A stretch of DNA of 64,000 bases, from positions 72,870-136,869 of the forward strand of contig JAJYIF010000005.1 of assembly GCA_021790195.1 (NCBI GenBank). The letters are read 5' to 3'. The DNA is from Nitrospirota bacterium. GTDB lineage: Bacteria; Nitrospirota; Thermodesulfovibrionia; Thermodesulfovibrionales; UBA9159. The position numbers and the translations under genes were made by a program. Of this stretch, positions 56,893 through 64,000 are shown in pieces (position 1 is the first letter of the stretch; each line of letters opens with the position of its first letter). The notes beneath the pieces are model-generated. The model worked only from the letters and a program-made list of their open reading frames with translations, was not told the origin of the DNA and did not search any database.

Positions 56893-57840
56893 TCAGTCCT
56901 CACGCCAGAAGGGGTCCCAGTAGCCGTCAAGGCCCCATCCCTGCATTATTTTGTAATCGTCCTTTGACGCGGGGACAAATTGCTTCACCGGCACCTTTAA
57001 AAGCAGGTCCCGTCCCTCGCTGGTATTCCCAATGTCGAGCAGTGCCTGGCGTACCTTTTCCCTCAGCGCTTCCGGCACGCGCGGATGGGCAGCGACGGGA
57101 TGAGAAGGCATGTCCCTGGTGGTATAGATAACCCTGAGTAAATCCCGGATGGCATCGTCCTGCTCCTGCAGGCTCTTTTCCACTCCTCCTCCTGCGGCAA
57201 CAAGTCCGTTTGCTACATGAAGGTACACCGAGCTGTGCGTTTTGACATAGAGCGGCTTCACCCCGACATGATAGAGTCTCTCGATGTCCGCACGCACAAG
57301 GAGAGAGGCGCCAAGGGCGTTGGGCGAGGGAAAGGCGACGGTCTTGCCGTCAAGGTCGGCCACCTTTTGTATGGGGCCGTCCTTGCGCACCACGAGTATT
57401 CCCCGCAGGGGGGCCTTGTCGCGGACAAGTGGGATATACCCCTGGATGTTGTTGGCCTTGAGCATGTAATACGGATTCATATAGACGAAGTCGAAGCCGC
57501 CCCTCACGAATTCCTTTTCGAAGTCCTGTATGTTGAGGGTAGTGATCAACTCAAAGGTCAGCCCCGTCTTCTTCTCCAGTTCCTTTATGATCGGTTCCCA
57601 TATCGCATACAGCCTGCGCTGCTCAAATTGCGGCACGACTCCGAAGACATAGGTTTCCGACGCAAAGGCGTCTTGATCATAAAACAGAGTTGCACGGTGA
57701 TCCCTCGCAAACAGCGGAAAGGAAAACAGCAGGACGGCTGTCAGGACTGCACATATAATTCGGCATTGGCTGCGGACCCCGTGGGCTTCCGGGTCTTTCG
57801 CCGGATAGGGACTGCCACCATAGTCCCTGTTCATAAGCAT
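56893..57840 (-). CDS. PhnD-like (phosphonate-binding family) periplasmic solute-binding protein
   Basis: 315 aa with an N-terminal hydrophobic segment, then FGVVPQFEQRRLYAIWEPIIKELEKKTG ... GGFDFVYMNP. It ends 3 nt before the kinase start. Confidence 0.78.
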   Translation of the reverse strand: MLMNRDYGGSPYPAKDPEAHGVRSQCRIICAVLTAVLLFSFPLFARDHRATLFYDQDAFASETYVFGVVPQFEQRRLYAIWEPIIKELEKKTGLTFELITTLNIQDFEKEFVRGGFDFVYMNPYYMLKANNIQGYIPLVRDKAPLRGILVVRKDGPIQKVADLDGKTVAFPSPNALGASLLVRADIERLYHVGVKPLYVKTHSSVYLHVANGLVAAGGGVEKSLQEQDDAIRDLLRVIYTTRDMPSHPVAAHPRVPEALREKVRQALLDIGNTSEGRDLLLKVPVKQFVPASKDDYKIMQGWGLDGYWDPFWRED

Positions 57841-57898
57841 TCCCCCTTTAAACGGAGAATAGGGTTTGACTCACGCACGAAACTGAGAATATATATAA

Positions 57899-57926
57899 AT
57901 TTTAACTGAATGTACTATGCTGTCAA
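57899..57926 (-). promoter_or_regulatory. strong sigma70-type promoter candidate for the binding-protein/kinase/regulator operon
   Basis: The minus strand reads TTGACA (57926-57921), a 16-nt spacer, then TAAAAT (57904-57899). It lies about 55 nt upstream of the ATG at 57840. Confidence 0.5.
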
Positions 57927-58072
57927 ACAACCAGGCTGCGTGCAAGACGCCCGGCAACGGCTTTTATTGTGTGCATACTATAATTAGAAAAGCGGTACTC
58001 CTTTCAAGCATAATCGGAGGGCAGGCTTAAACTGATCCACCGGCGTTTAATCAGGAAAAGGAGGGAAAGGCC

Positions 58073-58219
58073 GTGCTTGAGGAAGCCCTCAGAAAAAGCG
58101 AGAAGAAATTGAGGGACATCACCTCAGCTCTCGGCGAAGGGGTCTTGTTCCTGAACGCGGGCGGCGGCTACGGGTTGACCCCGGCGCGCATCGGAATTAC
58201 TTGGCGGGACTCTCCTTGA
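58073..58219 (+). pseudogene. 48-codon ORF resembling the N-terminus of a PAS sensor, truncated against the 3' end of rnc
   Basis: GTG with an AGGAGG Shine-Dalgarno 8 nt upstream. My translation: MLEEALRKSEKKLRDITSALGEGVLFLNAGGGYGLTPARIGITWRDSP then stop. The SE.KLRDIT..LGEGV pattern is a PAS N-cap. It overlaps rnc by 23 nt. Confidence 0.4.
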
Positions 58220-58931
58220 GCCTCGGCAGCGCTTCCTTTGCCGCAGCCGTTTGCGCCTCTTTCTTGTTCTTCCCGATACCGCGACCGAACATCTCTCCCT
58301 TGATAAACACATCAATGGTAAACGTCTTCAGGTGCTCTTCGCCTTCCTGGCGCGCTATCCGGTATTCCGGCAGCACCCCGTATAGCAACTGGCTCTTTTC
58401 CTGAAGCTCCGTCTTATAATCGTGGTATTGACCGGACGATATGACAGACAGGACCCTGTCTTTAAAGAGACCGAGGATGACCCCCCTTACCCTTTCATAA
58501 TCGCTGTCGAGATAGATCGCCCCGAAAACAGCCTCCATCGCATTGGCAAGCAGCGACCTCTTCTGCCTTCCGCCCGTGTCCTCTTCGCCCTTGCCGAGGC
58601 TCAGATAACTGCCGAGAGAGAGCCCTTCGGCGACTTCAGAAAGCACGGCCCCCTTCACTATGTAGGATTTTATCTTGGACATGTCGGACTCGGTAAAGTC
58701 ATCGCTATACCTGAAAAGGTATTCGACGATTACGAGGCCGAAGACGGAATCACCGATAAATTCGAGACGCTCGTTGTATGCCTTTGCCTTGCCGGGGTTC
58801 TCATGGTGAAAGGATTTGTGAGTCAGTGCCTCGACAAGCAGCCCCCTGTTCTTGAAGGAATAGCCTAGGTCTTTCTCAAGGTTCTCTGAGTTTTCTGAAT
58901 AAGAGGCACGCATTCGTTCCGCCGAAACCAA
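58197..58931 (-). CDS. rnc: ribonuclease III
   Basis: Signature ERLEFIGDSVFGLVI and a C-terminal dsRBD (GRGIGKNKKEAQTAAAKEAL). The start is uncertain; the track start overlaps fabF by 56 nt. Confidence 0.93.
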   Translation of the reverse strand: MVSAERMRASYSENSENLEKDLGYSFKNRGLLVEALTHKSFHHENPGKAKAYNERLEFIGDSVFGLVIVEYLFRYSDDFTESDMSKIKSYIVKGAVLSEVAEGLSLGSYLSLGKGEEDTGGRQKRSLLANAMEAVFGAIYLDSDYERVRGVILGLFKDRVLSVISSGQYHDYKTELQEKSQLLYGVLPEYRIARQEGEEHLKTFTIDVFIKGEMFGRGIGKNKKEAQTAAAKEALPRLKESPAK

Positions 58932-60123
58932 AGGAATTGGAAAGGGCGCAATCTACATTCGCAGTCTTCGGCTTAAAAGGAACGTAATCGAGATCGCACT
59001 CTGGGTCGGGGTTGTCGAGGTTGGTAGTGGGCGGGATTACGCCGCGATTGATGGCCAACACGCTTATTATTGATTCAACTCCGCCGGCCGCGCCGAGGAG
59101 ATGTCCGGTCATGGACTTTGTAGAACTTACGGACAGTTTATATGCGTGATCTCCGAATACCTTCTTTATCGCTTTAGTCTCGATCTCATCTCCATATTTC
59201 GTAGAAGTGCCGTGTGCATTGATGTAGTCCACCCGGTCGGGAGCGATATCTGCGTCCTTCAACGCAGCTGCCATGCAGGAGGCAGCGCCCTCGCCACCCA
59301 CAGAAGGGGCTGTGATATGGTATGCGTCGCTCGTCATACCGTAACCGATGACCTCAGCATATATCCGTGCGTTTCTCGCCCTTGCGTGTACCAGAGACTC
59401 GAGTGTGACGACCCCGGCCCCCTCGCCCATCACGAACCCGTCCCGGTCCGTATCAAAAGGCCTGCTCGCACGCTCGGGTTCATTGTTCCTTGTCGAAAGC
59501 GCCTTCATGACTGCAAAGCCGCCTATGGCCATAGGGGTGATCACTGATTCGGTGCCGCCGGCTATCATAACGTCGGCGTCACCCCTCTGGATGAGCCTGA
59601 AGGCGTCGCCGATAGCATGGCTTCCGGTGGCGCAGGCCGTCGATACCGCCGTGTTCGGACCCTTCGCGCCGAACTTTATCGAAACCCAGCCCGAAGCGAG
59701 GTTTATTATCAGCATGGGGATAAAGAAGGGTGTTATCCTGCGGTAGCCGCGCTCCAGATAAGTCTTATGGTAGTGTTCGATCGCCGGCAGTCCTCCTATT
59801 CCCGATCCTATAATCACGCCGACCCTCTCTGCATCGTCCGGAGGGACCTTCAGTCCGGAATCTTCGACCGCCATAGTAGAGGCCGCAAGAGCAAACTGGA
59901 TGAACTTGTCCATCTTCTTTACTTCTTTGGACTCAATGTAAAGCAGCGGATCGAACCCTTTCACCTCGCCGGCAAGATGCACCGGGAGGTCGGAAGAATC
60001 AAAGGTAGTGATGGTCCCGATTCCCGACTTTCCTTCGAGGAGCGCCTGCCAGGAAGGCTCCACCCCCATGGCGAGAGGGGTAACGAGCCCCAGACCAGTT
60101 ATGACTACACGGCGTTTCTCCAT
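58876..60123 (-). CDS. fabF: 3-oxoacyl-ACP synthase II
   Basis: 415 aa. RRVVITGLGLVTPL, the active-site region AVSTACATGSHAIG, HGTSTKYGD, and SNSFGFGGTNA. Confidence 0.95.
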   Translation of the reverse strand: MEKRRVVITGLGLVTPLAMGVEPSWQALLEGKSGIGTITTFDSSDLPVHLAGEVKGFDPLLYIESKEVKKMDKFIQFALAASTMAVEDSGLKVPPDDAERVGVIIGSGIGGLPAIEHYHKTYLERGYRRITPFFIPMLIINLASGWVSIKFGAKGPNTAVSTACATGSHAIGDAFRLIQRGDADVMIAGGTESVITPMAIGGFAVMKALSTRNNEPERASRPFDTDRDGFVMGEGAGVVTLESLVHARARNARIYAEVIGYGMTSDAYHITAPSVGGEGAASCMAAALKDADIAPDRVDYINAHGTSTKYGDEIETKAIKKVFGDHAYKLSVSSTKSMTGHLLGAAGGVESIISVLAINRGVIPPTTNLDNPDPECDLDYVPFKPKTANVDCALSNSFGFGGTNACLLFRKLREP

Positions 60124-60140
60124 ATTCCCTGAGGCCCGGT

Positions 60141-60374
60141 CTATCCCGACTTCTTCTTTATATACTCGATCGCGTCAGTTACTCTTACGATCTTCTCCGC
60201 GTCTTCGTCAGGGATCTCTATATTGAAAGCCTCTTCAAAAGCCATGACAAGCTCCACGGTATCGAGAGAGTCGGCCCCCAGGTCTTCTACAAACGACGCC
60301 TCCGGCGTCACCTCTCCAGGGTTCACTCCGAGCTGTTTCGATATAATCTCCTTAACTTTTTCTTCAATCATCAT
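60141..60374 (-). CDS. acpP: acyl carrier protein
   Basis: 77 aa with the phosphopantetheine site [17 protein letters not shown]. Confidence 0.96.
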   Translation of the reverse strand: MMIEEKVKEIISKQLGVNPGEVTPEASFVEDLGADSLDTVELVMAFEEAFNIEIPDEDAEKIVRVTDAIEYIKKKSG

Positions 60375-60440
60375 TACACCTCCATTATTAAGTTCAAAAA
60401 GTTAATCGCAAAAATTGCAGGGTCTCATCTATATAAATTG

Positions 60441-61175
60441 CTACATGTACATGCCGCCGTTTACATGCAGCACCTGACCGGTGATATACGGATGCGAGGC
60501 GAGGAAGAGCACCGCGTCGGCCACGTCCTCGATGGTGCCGAACCTGCTCATGGGAATCGCTTTCTTCATCTCCTCTTTGACGTTCTCCGGAAGGGCGTCC
60601 GTCATCGCGGTGGTTATAAAGCCTGGAGCCACGGCATTCGCAGTTATGCCTCTGCTCGCGTATTCTTTAGCGACAGTCTTTGTGAGGCCCACAATGCCGG
60701 CCTTAGAAGCGCTGTAGTTAGCCTGTCCGGGGTTGCCCATGAACGCGACCACCGATGCGATGTTGACGATTCTGCCGTAGCGCTGCTTGGACATGAGCTT
60801 GACCGCTTCTTTCGAGCAGAGGAACACACCTTTTAAGTTGATCTCTATAACCGAGTCCCAGTCTTCCTCCTTCATCCGGAGCAGAAGACCGTCCCTCGTT
60901 ATTCCCGCGTTGTTTACAAGGATATCCAGCCTTCCGTATTCCTTTGCGATATGTTCAAAAGCCTTTATCACCTCCCCGGAGTTCGATACGTTGAGGCCCA
61001 AGGCCGACGACTTCACGCCTCTTTTGGCGATATCCGCCGACGCTTCCTTAGCCTGATCAAGGTTCACATCGCCTATCACGACATCTGCTCCGCTCTTAGC
61101 GAAGGCGTCTGCTATCGCCTTGCCTATGCCTCTTGCGCTTCCAGTTATAAAAGCGACCTTTCCTTTAAAGTCCAT
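60441..61175 (-). CDS. fabG: 3-oxoacyl-ACP reductase
   Basis: GKVAFITGSARGIGKAIA, then NAGITRD, then YSASKAGIVGLTK. ATG at 61175 (MDFKGK) with a GGGGAG Shine-Dalgarno; the track start is 61184. Confidence 0.95.
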   Translation of the reverse strand: MDFKGKVAFITGSARGIGKAIADAFAKSGADVVIGDVNLDQAKEASADIAKRGVKSSALGLNVSNSGEVIKAFEHIAKEYGRLDILVNNAGITRDGLLLRMKEEDWDSVIEINLKGVFLCSKEAVKLMSKQRYGRIVNIASVVAFMGNPGQANYSASKAGIVGLTKTVAKEYASRGITANAVAPGFITTAMTDALPENVKEEMKKAIPMSRFGTIEDVADAVLFLASHPYITGQVLHVNGGMYM

Positions 61176-61384
61176 AAAAAACACCTCCCCAAAAGACGGC
61201 TATAATTGTAACAAAGAAATCTTTTTATTTTCCAGTCCTTTTGTCAAATCCCGCGATCTCCCGAAAAGACCGGGATATAAACCCTCTTCCAAATGGCAGT
61301 TAAGGGGAGAAAATTTGCAATAACGGAAGGATTTTTAGTTATAATAACCGATAATGCTTTTAAAGGAAAGGGGACCAAAAATCC

Positions 61385-62620
61385 ATGCACCATAAAGTGT
61401 ATCTGATCGATGTTACGAACAGGGACGGTGTCCAGACATCTAGGATACTGCTGCCGAAGCTCTCCAAAACCATGCTCAATGTTTACCTCGACGAAATGGG
61501 GTTTTACCAGAGCGAAATCGGCTTCCCGACACTCAAACACGAAGTCAATTATATTAATGCGAACCTGGAATTGGTGGCGTCCGGCGCCATTAAAAGGATC
61601 CATCTCGAGGGCTGGTGCAGGGCGATTCCCGAAGATATCGAGCTCACCTTCAAGAATTGTCCCTCTATAAGGCATCTCAACATCTCGATGTCGACATCGG
61701 ATGTGATGCTCCAGGGCAAGTTCCAGGGGAGGAAGACCTGGAAGGACATAATAGATTCACTTGAGAAATCCGTAAAGATCGCCAAGGAACTGGGGGTAGA
61801 GACGCTCGGTGTCAACGCCGAGGACGCATCGAGGACCGAATTGAACAGACTCATCGAGTTTGTCCTGGCGGGCAAGGAAGCCGGTGCAGACCGTTTCCGC
61901 TACTGCGATACCCTTGGTGCGGACGATCCCATTACGATATATGAGAGGATTAAGGCCCTCGCGCTCGCGACCAAGTTCCCGGTCGAGATGCACTGCCACA
62001 ACGACCTCGGTATGGCCGAAGCCGTTTCCGTGGCGGGCGCCCAGGGCGTAATTGAGGCCGGCATCGATGCTTACATCAATACGACCGTCAACGGATACGG
62101 CGAGCGGGCCGGCAACTGCGACCTGGTTTCCACAATCCTGGCACTGAAGTTCTCGCACGGACTCAAGGACAAGATCCCTCTTGACGAGCATGTAGACCTG
62201 AAGAAGGCGTGGAAGATCGCCAAGTATGCCTCATATGCCTTCAACCTTCCGATACCGATCAACCAGCCCGGTGTCGGAGCAAACGCCTTTGCCCATGAAT
62301 CAGGCATCCATGCGGACGGCGCGCTGAAGGACAGAAGGAGCTACGAGCTCTATGACCCCGAGGACGTGGGAAGGGGGGAGCCCGAGCTGCTCGAAACGGG
62401 AAGGATCATAACCACCGGAGAGTATGGCGGCATAAAGGGCTTCAGATATGTCTACGATAAACTCGGCATTCATTTCCATGACGACAACGAGGCAAGGAAG
62501 ATCCTCGAACTTGTTCAGTACGCGAACCTGCACACTCAGAAACCTCTTACTGACGACGAGCTGCGACTCATAGCGAGCCATCCCGACATTGTCAGGAAGG
62601 TCCTCACGGTGAACCTGTAA
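61385..62620 (+). CDS. DRE-TIM metallolyase of the isopropylmalate/homocitrate synthase family without a LeuA-type regulatory domain; Re-citrate synthase candidate
   Basis: 411 aa. [14 protein letters not shown] occupies the usual TLRDGEQ position. [12 protein letters not shown] and HESGIHADG motifs are present. The stop overlaps the ATG of the downstream dehydrogenase (TAATG). Confidence 0.75.
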   Translation: MHHKVYLIDVTNRDGVQTSRILLPKLSKTMLNVYLDEMGFYQSEIGFPTLKHEVNYINANLELVASGAIKRIHLEGWCRAIPEDIELTFKNCPSIRHLNISMSTSDVMLQGKFQGRKTWKDIIDSLEKSVKIAKELGVETLGVNAEDASRTELNRLIEFVLAGKEAGADRFRYCDTLGADDPITIYERIKALALATKFPVEMHCHNDLGMAEAVSVAGAQGVIEAGIDAYINTTVNGYGERAGNCDLVSTILALKFSHGLKDKIPLDEHVDLKKAWKIAKYASYAFNLPIPINQPGVGANAFAHESGIHADGALKDRRSYELYDPEDVGRGEPELLETGRIITTGEYGGIKGFRYVYDKLGIHFHDDNEARKILELVQYANLHTQKPLTDDELRLIASHPDIVRKVLTVNL

Positions 62621-63696
62621 TGTATACGATCACTCTTATCCCGGGAGACGGGGTCGGACCCGAGATTGCCGAGGCCACGAGACGCGTCATCGACGCAACC
62701 GGCATCCCCATAAAATGGGAAATTCAGGACGCGGGAGAAGATGTGTTCGAAAGGGAGGGCTCTCCCTTGCCGCAAAGGGTCATCGACTCCATTAAAAAGA
62801 ACAAGGTGGCTATTAAAGGGCCTGTCACGACCCCCGTAGGAAAAGGCTTCAGGAGCGTGAATGTGACCCTGAGGCAGACCCTGGACCTTTACTGCTGTCT
62901 GCGCCCTTGCAAGAGTTTCAAAGGGGCTAAGACCCGCTACGATAATATAGACCTCATTATCGTGAGGGAGAACACGGAAGACCTCTATGCCGGGATAGAG
63001 TTCCAGAAGAGCGCAGGCGAGACCTCTAGGCTCATCGACTTTATCAGGGAGACCACCGGGAAGAAGATAGCCACCGATTCGGGCATAAGCATTAAGCCCA
63101 TCTCCGTGTCCGCCACCGAACGTATAGTGAGATTCGCCCTGGACTACGCGCGGAAAAACGGCAGGAAGAAGGTCACAGCCGTCCACAAGGCAAATATAAT
63201 GAAGTATTCGGACGGCCTTTTCCTCGAAGTCGCGCGAAACGTCGCGTCACAGTATACTGATGTCGAGTTTGAAGACAGGATCGTCGACAATATGTGCATG
63301 CAGCTCGTCCAGAAACCGGAATTATATGACGTCCTCGTTCTCCCGAACCTTTACGGAGACATCCTGTCGGATCTTGCAGCCGGTCTTATCGGAGGGCTAG
63401 GTCTGGCGCCCGGGGCAAACATAGGAAGCGAGATTGCGGTGTTCGAGCCTACACACGGCAGCGCTCCCAAGTACAAGGGCTTGAATAAGGTCAATCCTAT
63501 TGCTATGATACTATCAGGTGTCATGATGCTGACCCATCTCGGGAAAACTGAAGAGGCGAAGAAACTGGAAAGAGCGGTTGCCGCTGTCATAGAAGAGGGC
63601 AAGGACGTTACCTATGACATGAAGGCGACCCCGGATGACCCGACCGCTGCAACGACGTCCCGTGTTGCAGACGCCATCATCGAGAAGCTACGCTGA
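62620..63696 (+). CDS. icd: isocitrate dehydrogenase, NAD-type (IDH3-like) subfamily of beta-decarboxylating dehydrogenases
   Basis: 358 aa. [45 protein letters not shown] and [29 protein letters not shown]. The HKANIM..SDGLF segment is as I recall it from NAD-IDH. Confidence 0.85.
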   Translation: MYTITLIPGDGVGPEIAEATRRVIDATGIPIKWEIQDAGEDVFEREGSPLPQRVIDSIKKNKVAIKGPVTTPVGKGFRSVNVTLRQTLDLYCCLRPCKSFKGAKTRYDNIDLIIVRENTEDLYAGIEFQKSAGETSRLIDFIRETTGKKIATDSGISIKPISVSATERIVRFALDYARKNGRKKVTAVHKANIMKYSDGLFLEVARNVASQYTDVEFEDRIVDNMCMQLVQKPELYDVLVLPNLYGDILSDLAAGLIGGLGLAPGANIGSEIAVFEPTHGSAPKYKGLNKVNPIAMILSGVMMLTHLGKTEEAKKLERAVAAVIEEGKDVTYDMKATPDDPTAATTSRVADAIIEKLR

Positions 63697-63821
63697 TCGT
63701 TCTGATGGAACCCCCCAGTATAGAGACGACACAGACAACCGGCGTATCGGTGTATCGGAGTAACGACTTTTCCATTCTTTGTCACCGTTACCCTATTGCA
63801 CCGTTACATTCGTAAAATCCC

Positions 63822-64000
63822 ATGTGGTTCGATATCTTTCTCATCGTAATCTTTATTTTATTGAACGGTCTTTTCGCCGCCGCTGAGATAGCGGTAGTGA
63901 CTGCGAGAAAGAGCCGCGTAAAACAGCTTATGGAAGAAGGCAACAGGGCCGCCCGGATACTGTATAAGTTCAAGGAAGAGCCCGACAGGTTCCTGGCCAC
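63822..64000 (+). CDS. DUF21/CNNM (hemolysin TlyC-like) family membrane protein, N-terminal part (runs off the window end)
   Basis: My translation from the ATG at 63822: MWFDIFLIVIFILLNGLFAAAEIAVVTARKSRVKQLMEEGNRAARILYKFKEEPDRFLAT. LNGLFAAAEIA.V..R..R...L is the DUF21 N-terminal pattern. Confidence 0.75.
   Translation, partial: MWFDIFLIVIFILLNGLFAAAEIAVVTARKSRVKQLMEEGNRAARILYKFKEEPDRFLA

Overview
This is a 64 kb bacterial chromosomal window at roughly 50-55% GC, with heavy AGG/AGA arginine codon use and many long antisense shadow ORFs. All calls rest on reading the sequence and ORF translations by eye; no searches were run.

Layout:
- 1-8.3 kb, minus strand: housekeeping genes accC', accB, efp, an M24 peptidase, aroQ, a roadblock protein, a TPR protein, coaBC, rpoZ, gmk, remA, yicC.
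- 8.3-36.3 kb, minus strand: one almost gap-free, Wzx/Wzy-type glycan (O-antigen/EPS) locus.
  - Head of the locus: galE, a NusG paralog, a long structured leader and a MarR-EPS regulator.
  - Sugar-nucleotide genes: manB, manC, fcl, gmd, glf and a GDP-mannose 3,5-epimerase.
  - Assembly genes: a GT26 and seven GT2/GT4 transferases, a methyltransferase, an AsnB-type amidotransferase and a WecA-like initiating transferase.
  - Also present: a GxxExxY cassette, a sugar dehydrogenase and an uncharacterised nucleotidyltransferase.
- 36.4-50.2 kb, plus strand: rplU, rpmA, obg, proB, tRNA-Gly(CCC), a DsrE-like gene, mutS, gcvH, lpdA, a 457-aa unknown, eno, ftsB and a GH57 enzyme.
- 50.2-64 kb: a HAMP / heptaheme cytochrome / HAMP operon, pdxJ, a PhnD-like binding protein + PAS histidine kinase + two response regulators, rnc-fabF-acpP-fabG, a LeuA/NifV-like synthase + NAD-type isocitrate dehydrogenase, and a partial DUF21 gene.

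Most interesting observations:
1. An exact RfaH-type ops motif (GGCGGTAGCCTG) sits in the glycan-operon leader, just downstream of the locus-encoded NusG paralog.
2. Two output-less HAMP membrane proteins flank a 7-heme cytochrome c.
3. A family of GGTCAA/TTGACC palindromic arrays occupies gene 3' ends.
4. A ~100-bp repeat occurs twice, and one copy lies inside a MITE-like palindrome.
5. Two fossil PAS fragments flank the sensor-kinase operon.
6. A LeuA/NifV-like synthase coupled to isocitrate dehydrogenase is a candidate Re-citrate synthase.
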